Part shown: positions 12,745-25,107 of the stretch, piece after piece
How positions within the stretch are numbered: position 1 is the stretch's first letter
Layout: every line of letters begins with the position of its first letter
NCBI RefSeq assembly: GCF_006345805.1
Contig: NC_043004.1
Location: 59,086,001 to 59,150,000, forward strand
Length of the DNA stretch: 64,000 bases
Direction of reading: 5' to 3'
DNA from: Octopus sinensis
Taxonomy: Eukaryota
The notes under the pieces: generated by a model
What the model saw: the letters and a program-made list of their open reading frames with translations, nothing else
The model's database searches: none
Told to the model about the DNA's origin: nothing
Program-made: the position numbers and the translations under genes

Positions 12745-13011
12745 ATGGAATTATTAAGGAATGATACCATTCTAAACAGTAACGGTGGAAATAACGACAA
12801 TGGTAGTGGTAATAGCAACATCATTAATGATACCCGCAATGTTATCAGCAGTAGTAAATATAACCATCATGGTGGTAGCGATAGCACGGGAGCGATGGTC
12901 ATGACTAGATATAACAGCTGCAATACACTATGTCCACAAGGTACGAATGGCAATGGCAGTAAGTATAGTAAGAATAGTATTATTGAAGCTTATAGTAGTA
13001 AGATTTTAGCA

Positions 13012-13023
13012 ATAATAATAATG

Positions 13024-13056
<33 letters not shown>

Positions 13057-13248
13057 TAATAATAATGATGATAATAATAATAATAATAATATAATAATGA
13101 TAATAATAATAATAATATAATATAATAATAATAATAATAATAATATAATATAATAATAATAATAATAATAATATTAATAATGATAATAATAATAAATAAT
13201 AATAATAATAATATAATAATAATAATAATAGTAATAATGATAATAATA

Positions 13249-13285
<37 letters not shown>

Positions 13286-13352
13286 TAATAATAATAATAA
13301 TGATATAATGATAATGATAACGATAATAATAATATAATATAATAATAATATA

Positions 13353-13396
<44 letters not shown>

Positions 13397-13464
13397 TAAT
13401 AATAATAATATATAATAATAATAATAATAATGATAATAATGATAATGATAATGATAACGATAAT

Positions 13465-13514
<50 letters not shown>

Positions 13515-13562
13515 TAATAATGATAATAATAATGATAATAATAATAATAATAATAATAATTA
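13012..13562. repeat. Long (TAA)n array with TGA variants
   Basis: About 550 bp of AAT units, directly visible. Confidence 0.95.
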
Positions 13563-14149
13563 ATGCCCTGATGCAGTACCAGGCATTGACTAAAATGCCC
13601 TGATGCAGTACCAGGCATTGACTCTCATGGTTTCTGATCTTAACTGATTGGAAGTGTTATCATGTACATTGTTTTGTCTTGGTATAAAAGATGGGCTACA
13701 GCAAATATTCTGCTCAATACCACAGATTGCTTGTCAGTTGTTTGACCTTAACCAGTTGAGCATGTCCCTTAGTGGCTGACGATATGTGCATCTCTGATCA
13801 CGAGCAGAAGTAGTGGGGGAGCATCATAGCCATGTGTTGAGAGGGATTCTTTAGGGTTTGAATATATCACCTCTGGAAACATGGGTGGTTCTTTCAACAT
13901 CCTTAAACAACCCTTATTCAGGGACCGTTTGAGCGGGATGGGCTACTCAACCTGAAGAAAATTCTAACTGGGCCCCACCTGCAAGGTCATGTGCTGTTTA
14001 TCTTGATATGAGATCACCATATCGCGTACATATGGTTGTGATGCATGTGCCTGGTGTACCTTCATCAGACGGGTAGTCATGATGGGTAAATTGGGCTTCG
14101 TATATTTTACCCCAGTGTCACTTTGTTGGCATGAACTGCTCTCTCAATC

Positions 14150-14150
<1 letters not shown>
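13563..14150 (+). mobile_element. About 590-bp non-coding element embedded in (TAA)n
   Basis: (TAA)n on both sides; a second copy starts at 19240, also directly after (TAA)n. No ORF and no tRNA boxes seen; strand is assumed. Confidence 0.75.
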
Positions 14151-14217
<67 letters not shown>

Positions 14218-15159
14218 CAATAATAATAATAATAAGGAGAAGGCGGCTGGACGTGACAGAGGATGGACGTATTTTTACGATGCTCTGAACAGCGAACCCA
14301 GCAGGACAACTGAAAAAAACAACTGTAGAAAACTGGAAGATCTACTGTTTTCTGTGAGTAATTTGAATTTCCCTCAAAATAAGTTAAAAAACTTACATAT
14401 CTACAGCTCATATAAACGTACACCTAACAAGAAAAATTAGAAACATAAATATCTCCAATTCTGTGTGAACATTTACATTTAGTCGTCTCTCATGACTATA
14501 AGAATGTGTAAAATTGCCTTTTAAATTACCTTTTATTGTAACAACACAATTAAATGCACGATAAAAAGTTATGGAATTAAGCACCTACTAATATATACAT
14601 ACAACTGAATTCAGAAATTTAAAAAATATATACATTACATTGAACTCAGAAAGTTAAAAAAAAAAATCATCGACATAAACATCAGATAATATGTGTGAGT
14701 GAGTATGCATATACATATACATATGTATGTGGAGAGGAAGAAAAGAGGAAGGAAAAAATAATAAATGTAAACAGGTTTGACCTTTTACTGACCATTAACG
14801 TCCTTTGTCCCCACCATCTGCCGAATCTATTTATAGACCCAAAGAACATGAATTCTTTAACCAACCATTCTCCCACGCAATGACAGTAGGAGTGTTGATG
14901 GTGGCTGTGGCTACACATAAAACAATGTCATTGATGATGATGATGGTGATGGTGATGTTGCTGATGATGGTGACGGTGGTGAAGGTGATAGTAATAACAA
15001 TAATAACTGACACATCCCGTCTTTTTCCCTTTTTTTCTTTTCCATCTCCGTATTTTAGTCTCATTATTTCGAACTAATACAGGCAGAGTGAGCCTTGAAG
15101 AAAGGAAGAGGAGGAAAAAAAAATGTTCGGAGATAAAACTATCAACAAAAAAATACAGA

Positions 15160-18100
15160 CGAATATAGATCTGCTAGCCTTGAGAAGCTGCGCTATGAGC
15201 AATGCTTACATGTAGAGTACCCTAAACTGACAGATCCATCTCCTAATATAAGAATGGAAGCTCGTCATGCTTCAAGGTCAACAAATCAAACAATAAACCG
15301 CATTGGTCGTTACGCGGATTACGAAAGACCACGTACCCGGAAAATGAACCAAATTCTGATTGAAAAATCAGCTACTGGATCAAATCTTCCCAACACACAG
15401 GAGCTGGACGTACCCCACAACCGGAATATTCCAACAGATGGCCATCCATGCTCATCACCAAATAATCAAAAGAAAAAGAAGGAAAAATGGTCTAGGGAAG
15501 ATAATAAAGAAGTTCTTGAGGCCTTCTACCATGCCATATATTTCCCTTAGATAAATCTAACACTGTACAAGCATACTTAAACTGGAGACAGAAACACCCT
15601 GAAGTAAGACCCTACATAGACAGTAACAAACTTGCCAACGTCAGAAGAAACATTATAAAAAAATTACTGACTGAAGTAGAGATTGATCAGATTAGACAAG
15701 CAATATCGGATAAAATGAACGAAGCTGCAGCTAGAGAAGATAATGCAGAGGAACTAATTATAGACCAGCCCAGGGCTGATAAAAACGAAGTGAGGATTGA
15801 AAGAGTTAGTATAAGTGATAGGCAAAGTGAAATACTCTCTGAACCAATCATAAACACTAAGATAGATGAGCATCAAATAGATAAAGAAAGTCACACAAAT
15901 ATTGACCCAACAGAACTACATGAGCTAAAAAATCAAATCATGATTGAATGGCTGAAAATTAAAGAAACCAGCATGGATGAACGTGATACACTTCCTAAGA
16001 TCCGCAACTCTAACCAAAACATGAAAATAATTGGTAAAATCCGGCTTGTACTTAAGGATATAATTTCAGCTAATGATGTTGATATCACAAACCTCAACCA
16101 CCTATACTATGCATCCGCGAAAATCTCAACGATTCTATATGGTGTAAAGATTAGAAAACGGCAACATTCCCACAAATAGCCTTCTTGGCAAGAGCGTCTG
16201 CAACAACAAATTAAAATATTTAGATCTGACATCGAATATTTAAAAAACCTTAAGGCTCACAAGACTACCAAACCTACAAAAACCCCAAAATTACTGAAAA
16301 AATGCAATATGAAAACTACACTTGATATTGATGCCACCATAGAAACCATCAAACAAAAGGTATCTGCCAAAGCTGCCCGCATAGCGAGGTATGAAAAGCG
16401 TGTTAGATTTTTCAAGGACAACAACATGTTCAAAAATAACACCAAGAATTTTTACAGGAAGATAGGAAAAACAGCGTTTACTGCAAGGTCTGTACCATCA
16501 AAAGAAGAAGTGCAGGGATTTTGGAATAAAATCTGGGCAGAAGAAAAAACACAACGAAAAGGCCCCCTGGATTGATAGAATATCTACAGAACTGGACCCC
16601 TTAGAAGATCAAAAGTGGGAGGATGTCAAGGTAGAAGATATAAGATATGCTCTCAGGAGGTCAAGCAAATGGAAGTCTCCAGGAAAGGATAAAATTTCTA
16701 ACTTCTGGCTGAATGCCTTCCCAGAGAGCCATGAACTGCTAACAGAACTGTACAATGATGTTTTGCAACACCCTAGTAGAATGCCTCCTTGGCTAGTTAA
16801 TGGGTTAACATTCCTGCTTCCAAAAAGTGAAGAAACAAATGAACCAAAAACTATAGACCCATAACCTGCTTAACAACTATGTACAAAACGCTAACATCTG
16901 TCCTGAAGGAATATACCTATAGTTTTTTAACAGACAGAAACATATTCCCTAATGAACAGAAAGGATGTAAACGTGGATCCTACGGCTGTAAAGACCAACT
17001 ACTCATCAATAAGATGATCTTAGAAGATTGTCACAAACGACACAAAAACTTATCAATAGCCTGGATAGACTATAAAAAGGCTTTTGATAGCCTACCACAT
17101 AGCTGGATTAGGAAATGCCTGGAAATGTATAAGATAGCACCTACTCTGCGAAACTTCTTGACTGTAAGTATGAGATCATGGAGAACCACACTAACTCTGA
17201 ACAGTGACAATGAATCCCTAAATGCTGGTGATGTAAAAATTTCGTGTGGCATTTTCCAGGGTGACTCACTGTCACCACTGCTCTTTTGTTTATCCTTAAT
17301 ACCTCTCTCAAAGCTGCTCAATGACGCGCAGTACGGGTATAAAATGTTTGATAAAAATATAAATCATCTCATTTACATGGATGATTTAAAGCTTTTTGCA
17401 AAAATGACCAACAACTTAAGGGCTTACTAGCGATAGTCAAACAATTCAGTGACGACATCAGAATGCAATTCGGCCTCGATAAATGTACAAAAGCTACCTT
17501 TATCAAAAAAAAATGACAAAAACATCTAACGTTAACCTTGACCAGCAGAATATCATAAAAGAACTAGACCCAGCGGAAAGCTACAAGTACCTAGGGGTAA
17601 TTGAAGGGAACGGAATAAGGCATTCAGAGATGAAGGAAAGGATCAGGAGAGAATGCTATCGAAGAGTGAGAGCAATACTCAAGACAGAGCTGAATGCAAG
17701 AAACAGGATCGAAGCGATCAATGCATTAGCCATACTAGTCGTGACTTACAGTTTCAATATTGTTAACTGGTCAATTACTGAAATATGTCAGCTCGACAGG
17801 AAAATAAGGAAACTGTTGACAATGCATAGAATGCACCACCCTAAGGCAGATACAGAACGACTCTATCTGCCAAGAAAAGAGGGAGGCCGTGGTCTTTTGC
17901 AACTGGCAATAACAATGAAGATTGCTACAATTGGCCTAGACACCTACCTGAAAAACTCTGAGGACTGGATGTTAAAACTTGTCTCAAAACATGAAAACAA
18001 GAAAGCATCATACTCAGTCACAAAACAGGCAAAGGAATATTTAAGTGAATTCCGAATACAACCAATATCGGAATTAGAGATAGTCATACAAGAAACGAGC

Positions 18101-19174
18101 ACGAAAAAGCTAGGCGCATGAAAACCCGTGCCAAAACTGCGGCCTTAGATATTCTGAATAATAAATGGCAAGAAAAACCTCTCTATGGCAAATATCCAAA
18201 GAGAGCGAATAATGCAGATATTGACAAAGCCCTGACCCATCAATGGCTAATGGCCTCTGGCTTAAAATCTGAAACAGAGGGGTTTATCATAGCAGCTCAA
18301 GATCAATGCCTACCAACAAGAAATTACCAGGCCAACATATTAAAGAACGGCAGTAGCCCAACATGTCGTGTATGCCGTCAACAAAATGAAACCATTGATC
18401 ATGTTGTCTCCAAATGCAGTCTTCTAGCGCCTACAGAGTACCTCAACAGGCATGATAGAGCTGCACAATATATTCACTGGGTAATTTGCAAAAACCTGGA
18501 TTTGCCCCATGAAAAAACTGGTGGGAACACAATCCACCTCCAGTGCTTGAAAATGACCACATCTCACTCCTCTGGAACTTCACCATTCAAACAGACAGGA
18601 AGATAGATGCAAATAGGCCAGACATCATATTGAAAGACTTCAGACAAAGAACATGCCTCCTCATTGATATGACTGTCCCAATCGATATAAACGTATCTGT
18701 CAAGACCTACCAAAAGCTTAGCAAATATAAAGATCTTGAAATAGAAATCAGCAAAATGTGGAAGCTGAAGACTAAAACAATACCTGTTGTCATAGGTGCC
18801 CTGGGAATGATAGCGAAAGGGACTGATTGCTACCTAACTCAGATACCAGGAAACCCCAAAATGGCAGAAATTCAAAAGATAGTGCTCGTGGGAACTGCTC
18901 ATATCCTACGCAAAATACTCTCTATGTAATCCCAAGGTTTAAAACAAACTTCTTTTTTATTTAATTTTTATTTTATTTTATTTTTATGTATTAGACATTC
19001 ACTAGTACAACACCAAAAAAAAAAAAGAAAAAAACCCCCCAAATATATGGCACAGAACTTCCAACCTGTTGTCTCTTGAGGTCTCTGGGTGAGACTTGGA
19101 GCCAACTTGTACAGACATAAAGCAAAAGTCAAACATAGAATAATAATAATAATAATGATAATAATGATAATAAT

Positions 19175-19239
<65 letters not shown>
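15160..19239 (+). mobile_element. R4/Dong-clade non-LTR retrotransposon (RT plus restriction-like endonuclease), near full length
   Basis: A single long interrupted ORF, about 200 bp of 3' UTR and a (TAA)n tail at 19138-19239. The 5' boundary is uncertain. Confidence 0.88.
15254..18929 (+). pseudogene. Dong/R4 polyprotein (about 1220 aa when re-framed): N-terminal KWSREDN motif, RT, CCHC finger, PD-(D/E)xK endonuclease
   Basis: KNYRPITCL, EQKGCKRGSYGCKDQL, WIDYKKAFDS, GIFQGDSLSPLLF, HLIYMDDLKLF, YKYLG, GGRGL, CRVC...DHVVSKC...RHD, RPDII...LIDMTVP...KLSKY. Seven homopolymer frameshifts and one in-frame TAG at 16177-16179. Confidence 0.9.
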
Positions 19240-19241
<2 letters not shown>

Positions 19242-19620
19242 GCCCTGATGCAGTACCAGGCAGTGGCTCTCGTGACTTCTGATCTTAACTGATTGGAAGT
19301 GTTATCATGTACATTGTTTTGTCTTGGTATAAAAAATGGGCTACAGCAAAATTTTCTACTCAACATCACAGATTTGGTTGTCATATGTTTGACCATAACC
19401 AGTTGAGCATGTCCCTTAGTGGCTGACGATATGTGGATCTCTGATCACGAGAAGTAGTAAGGGAGCATCATAGCCATGTGTTGAGAGGGATTTTTTGGGA
19501 TTTGAATATATCACCTCTGGAAACATGGCTGTTTCGTTCAACATCCTTAATCAACCCTTATTCAGGGATCTTTTGAGCAGGATAGGTTACTCAACTAGAA
19601 GAAAATTCTAACTGGGCCCC
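19240..19620 (+). mobile_element. Second, end-truncated copy of the TAA-embedded element
   Basis: Aligns by eye to about 13595-13976 and starts directly at the end of the Dong (TAA)n tail. Confidence 0.8.
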
Positions 19621-19657
19621 TATATTTCAAAGGGCACACACACACACACATATTGGA

Positions 19658-19720
<63 letters not shown>

Positions 19721-19729
19721 AAGTTAATA

Positions 19730-20133
19730 GGTGCAGGAGTGGCTGTGTGGTAAGTAACTTGCTTACCGACCACATGGTTCGGGTTCATTCCCACTACGAG
19801 GCACCTTGGGCAAGTGTCTTCTTCTGTAGCCTCGGGCCCACCAAAGCCTTGTGAGTGGATTTGGTAGACGGAAACTGAAAGAAACCCGTCGTATATATGT
19901 ATATATGTATGTGTGTGTATATGTTTGTGTGTCTGTGTTTGTCCCACCAACATCGCTTGACAACCGATGGTGGTGTGTTTACGTTCACGTAACTTAGCGG
20001 TTCGGCAAAAAGAGACCGATAGAATAAGTACTAGGCTTACAAAGAATAGGTCCTGGTGTCGATTTGCTCGACTAAAGGCGGTGCTCCAACATGGTCGCAG
20101 TTAAATGACTGAAACAAGTAAAAGAGTTAAAGA
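19730..20133 (+). mobile_element. SINE family A, full length
   Basis: GGTGCAGGAGTGGCTGTGTGGTAAG head through the GACTGAAACAAGTAAAAGAG tail; another 3' fragment follows at about 20205-20345. Confidence 0.92.
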
Positions 20134-21177
20134 ATATATGGCTAGTCATAGAATGTCCAATGGCTTTGCATTCATAAAGCACTTAACCTTATGGACTTGC
20201 ATTATATAGCGGTTCAGCAAAAGAGAACCGTTGAATAAATACTAGCCTTTAAAAAAGTACTACGGTCGATTCGTTCGACTCAAGTACTTCTAGTCGGCTC
20301 CCCCAACATGGCCGCAGATTAATGACTGATAAAAGTAAAAAATAAAAGGTTCAATATAAATAGACACACAAACACACACACACACACACACATACACACA
20401 CATGTATACAGATAGATAGAAACATGTACACATACATATGTATATATATGTATGTAGCCGCGAACTCATTTGGTAGTGTATAGTTTAATGTCCGCTTATA
20501 TATTGCATTTTTTTTCCTTCATAAGATTGCGCGTAGGAAACAAATGAAAGAATGAAGAAGGAATTAAAAGAATAAAAGAGGAGAATATTGAGAGTTTAAA
20601 AATAGTGTAAAAACCAAGCAAACAAAGAAAGCAATAAAACAGAAAAGTAGGAAAGAAATCTGAACTGCAATTTCGCGGCTCCCCAAATCAAGAGTATCTC
20701 ATCCACGATGTGAAAATCAGTGTTATTTCAGTTTGCTGGAAGCGAAGGATATATTAAATAGGGAGACAGAAATCTCTCATGAAATGAAGAACATTTAAAT
20801 ACCAATTGCTGTTAAGCAGAAATGAATTGAATATGTAGAATCTTAGAAAAAAAAAAAAAAAAGGAAGAAGGGAAAAAATGGCAATATAATGAAAGATATA
20901 GTAAAATAAATTGAAATAATAGGAACAAGAAAACAAAGAAGAGATGGAGTTTAAGAGAAAAGGAGAGAAAGAGAAGAGGAGAGAAAGAGAAAGAGAGAAA
21001 ATGAAGGAGAAAATGAATAAATAACGTTAACAATTACTGGTGTGTGTGTGTGTGTACATACATATATACATACACATATATACATATATATCTATGTATA
21101 TAAATATCTATATATATATAGACATAATATACATATATATATATATATATAAACACACAAACACACACATATATACA

Positions 21178-21213
<36 letters not shown>

Positions 21214-21711
21214 CATATATATACATGCATACATATACACATATACATGCATACGCATACACATGCACGTACGCAGATCTATCTATCTGTCTATCTATAT
21301 ATGTATGCATACATACATATATGAGTGTCTGTCAGCGCGCGTGTGTGTGTATGTATGTACGAGTGTAAGTGAAGGAAATGAAATGGAGATATGCAAAAAA
21401 TAAATAGTTTTCAACAACTTTGATCTAAATTGCAATATCGAATTCTTACATAGACAGATGGCGGCTTCCGATTTAAATAAAGAGAAACGTAATAAGATTG
21501 AATGTTGTTCATGCCTTTCTCATAGATATTAGCGATCTGAATAAGTGGAAAATTCGAAAACTAGAAATCTCATTTTTGGTCGAGAGAATTCACATTGCGG
21601 TTTAAGCGCTGAGAACTCCATGCATAAAAACGTAACATGCACGTAAGTTAATGGCCTTATGTTCTTTTGTGACTTCTGAAAATTAAAAATAATAAAATTT
21701 ATTTACTCATA

Positions 21712-22127
21712 TACCTATTTCTTTACTGCCCACAAGGGGCTACACACAGAGAGGACGAACAAGGACAGACAAACGGATTAAGTCGATTATATCGACCCCA
21801 GTGCGTAACTGGTACTTATTTAATCGACCCCAAAAGGATGAAAGGCAAAGTCGACCTCGGCGGAATTTGAACTCAGAACGTAACGGCATACGAAATACAG
21901 CTACGCATTTCGGCCGGCGTGCTACCGTTTCTGCCAGCTCGCCGCCTTTTAAAGGGACTAAGTCGATTACATCGACCGCAGTGCGTAACTGGTACTTATT
22001 TAATCGACCCCAAAAGGATGAAAGGCAAAGTTAACCTCGGTGGAATTTGAACTCAGAACGTAGCGGCAGACGAAATATCGCTATGCATTTCGCCCGGCGT
22101 GCTAACGTTTCTGCCAGCTCGCCGCCT
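21712..22127 (-). mobile_element. Tandem pair of young SINE family B copies
   Basis: Near-identical units at 21712-21948 and 21955-22127, each with the AAGGCGGCGAGCTGGCAGAA head on the minus strand. Confidence 0.9.
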
Positions 22128-22324
22128 TACATTTACTTATATACCATGTTCTATTTATCCTGTTTGTTCCACCATATCTAAAGCAAAAAATCAGCGTCGG
22201 GTTTAAAGGTTCGTCTCTGTGAGTTTATCTCAGTTTACTATCCTTTATAATTCACCTAAATTTCTTCCTACAATAGCTAGAAGATCTTATATTTTAGGGA
22301 AGGGAGATAGGTGATTACCTCCAC

Positions 22325-23110
22325 TTCAGTGTTCGACTGGTACTAATCTTATCGACCCTGAATGAATGAAATGCACGGTCAATGTCAGTGGGAGTTAAGC
22401 ACAGAACGTGAAGCCGGAAGAATTGCAGATTAGCAGTTTCACTGGTGCAATTTTCTGACCTTTTTGGTTTTTAAATTTTGGCAGAAGATTAGCAATTTTA
22501 GGGAAGATGGTGGAGTATGTCGATGACATGCACCCCAGTACTTGACTGGTATCTATTCTTTCGAACTCGAAAAGATGAAAGCAAAACTGATCTTGACAGA
22601 ATCTGAATTCAGGTCGCAAACAGCCGAAAGATATGTTGCTAAATATTTTGTTCAGCGAGATTATGAATCTACCAACTGCTTACCTTTAATTAAAATAATT
22701 ATTTTGCTATTGTCATTGCCCTGATCAATCCTGATCGATTAATATACCCATAATCAAAGATAAACTAGTTATGAATGATCTAGTTTTTTCCCCCCAAATA
22801 TACTGTATGCAGGACTGTATTTATTGTATGTGTTCTCCCTGATATATGGCGTTTGGATGTCACTTCACGAAGATTTGATTCCTATTTCTATTTGGTAAGG
22901 CAATCATGTAGAGGTTTCTGTGGTAGCTAGTTTCCTCATATAATACTGATATTGAACATGGATACACTGCAAAAGACATTGTGGATGAGAGTCTAGTAAA
23001 GTGGAACGCAATATGTGACTAGTATATATTTAATAGACCCTGAGAAAACGAATAGCAAAGCTGGCCTCAGATCAGTGTGATTTGAACTCAGAACATAAAG
23101 GATTATTAGT
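22325..23110 (-). mobile_element. Three decayed SINE family B copies
   Basis: Diverged matches to GGTACTTATTTAATCGACCC...GAACTCAGAAC at about 22330, 22530 and 23020. Confidence 0.6.
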
Positions 23111-23134
23111 AAATATACTATAAAACAAGTGTGC

Positions 23135-23388
23135 AGTGTAACGCTGTATGTTCCTTCTCGAGCCACGCCTGAATGGGACGCCGGTCCGTCGCAGGTGAGC
23201 TGCAAGAGGAAAGAGTGAGAGAAAGTTGTGGCGAAAATGTCAGCAGAAATTCGCCATTACCTTCTGCTGGAGCCGCGTGGAGCTTAGGTGTTTCGCTCAT
23301 AAACTAATACATCGCCCGGGCTGAGATTCGAGCCCGCGATCCCTCGAACGAGAGTTCGCTGCTCTAACCACTAGGCTATATGTCTCCA
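23135..23388 (-). mobile_element. SINE family C copy with a different 3' part
   Basis: Reverse complement begins GGAGACATATAGCCTAGTGGTTAGAGCAGCG and shares GAGCGAAACACCTAAGCTCCACG...CCACAACTTTCTCTCACTCT with the 6858 copy. Confidence 0.8.
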
Positions 23389-23439
23389 CGTGAAGTGTAA
23401 TATATAATATATTATTAACTGCGTTTTTTTTTATGTAGG

Positions 23440-25045
23440 GGTGGTGGACTACCAAAATTGTTAGAGTGCCGGAAAAAATTCATTGTGTTTGTCGTTCCCT
23501 AGTAGTTAGTTAAGATCTTTATGTATAGTGTTCGAGTCCCGCTGAGGTCAACTTCGGCTTCCTCCTTCCGGGTTCGAGGAGATAATATACCAGGATCGGT
23601 GACATCGACTGAAAATTGTTAGCTTTGTTCCAAAATCAGAAATCATTTTCTCTTTATTGTAAGGAATGGTTGACTGAAAGAAGCATTAGAATGCCGGAAC
23701 AAAATAACTTGCAGTACTTCTGTAACATCTTATATTCTGAATCCAAATTCTGTTGAGATCACCTTTTTCTTTCATTCTTTCGAGATCGATAAAATAAATC
23801 ACTATTCAAGTACTGGGTCGATGGCATTGATTAATACGTATCAAGAAATTGCTGGCTTTGTGCATAAAATAGAAATATCTTTTCTTTCTTCTGTGTGAGT
23901 GTGTGCGTCTATGTATATACGTATGCATTATGCATGCATGTATGTGTATGTGCGGTGTATTTCCTGACTATTGACAGGAACTACATAAGTTTCTGTACAG
24001 CAAGTAATTTGATGGCTGGATTGCCATTGTTTCGAAGCTGCTTTTATCTCTCATATCTTCAGTTTCGATAAAATTAGAACAAGCAATATACAAAGTACTT
24101 TTAATTTACTATAGCCCTTCCTTAAATTTGTAACATTGTTCTTCATCAAAGGAATGATTTTTTCCCCCCATTTATAAGCTGGAAGATAAAGCTGGCTGAT
24201 CAATCAAAATATTGCTTTCTTGACGTTAAAAATTCAGGTATATTTTGGTTGCTAGGCATACACAATTCCAGAAAACCAATAATAAAGTGGAAATTCTACA
24301 GATTCTATGATAGAGAAAGCTCATTATATGCATGCAGTGCAATCACTTGAGTTATAATCAAACATTTTACTATGAAATGACTTCTCCGCAAAAACGTGTT
24401 TTTTGTTTTTCCTTTTTTTTTCTTTTCGCTTATATCGGGAATATTAATTTCAGATTACTCTTTAAGAGAATTTAGAAGATGGTTCACGGCTAGTTTGTCT
24501 TTGATCATAGGTTTTCTCCATCATTGCTTGAATATTATTCTTTCGTTGAAACTAGTAACTTCCTTAACTCCTCGTATTTCGAGTACGAAGTTATAACTAC
24601 GAGTGGCCATTTATTACTTATTGTAAAGGCGGCGCCCTGACAGAGTTGTTAGCACGCTGGCCAAAATGCTTCGCGGCATTTTGTCCGTTTTTATGTTCTG
24701 AGTTCAAATTCCGTCGACATTGACTTTGTCTTTCATCCTTTCGAGGCCGATAAAATAAGTTCCAGTTGAGCACTGGGGTCGATATAATCAACTAGCACCT
24801 CACCTTCCTTGTGCATATAATAGAAAGAATTATATTATTGTAAAGTGGCGAGCTGATAAAATCGCTAGCGCGTCGGACAGAATGCATATCAGCATATTTT
24901 CGGCTCTTTAATGTTTGAGTTCAAATTCCACCGACGTCAACTTTGCCTTTTATCCTTTCAGGATCGATGAATTGAAATACCAGTCAAGTCCTAGCATCGT
25001 GTCATAGATTAATTCGCTTCATCCTAAAATTGCTATCGTTGAGCC
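23440..25045 (+). mobile_element. Four SINE family B copies (about 23440, 23670, 24626, 24843)
   Basis: Head, B-box and Deu-like motif on the plus strand; the last two are adjacent and better conserved. Confidence 0.7.
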
Positions 25046-25107
25046 AAAATCTGTAACCATAGTAACCATAGGCGCATGAGTGGCTGTGTGGTAAGTAGCT
25101 TGCTTCC

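Noticed and set aside
12745-13059. Asn/Ser/Gly-rich ORF
   Set aside because: Decayed AAT/AGT repeat leading into the (TAA)n array.
14235-14350. Possible exon (GWTYFYDA..., followed by GTGAGT)
   Set aside because: No pyrimidine-rich acceptor, no recognisable protein and no partner exons.
16177-16179. Dong TAG stop rescued by A-to-I editing to Trp
   Set aside because: A CAG->TAG or AAG->TAG substitution is the simpler explanation and there is no evidence of editing.
24020-24065. Minus-strand CTGAAGA...CGAAAC
   Set aside because: No stem I or II and no UH cleavage triplet; treated as chance.
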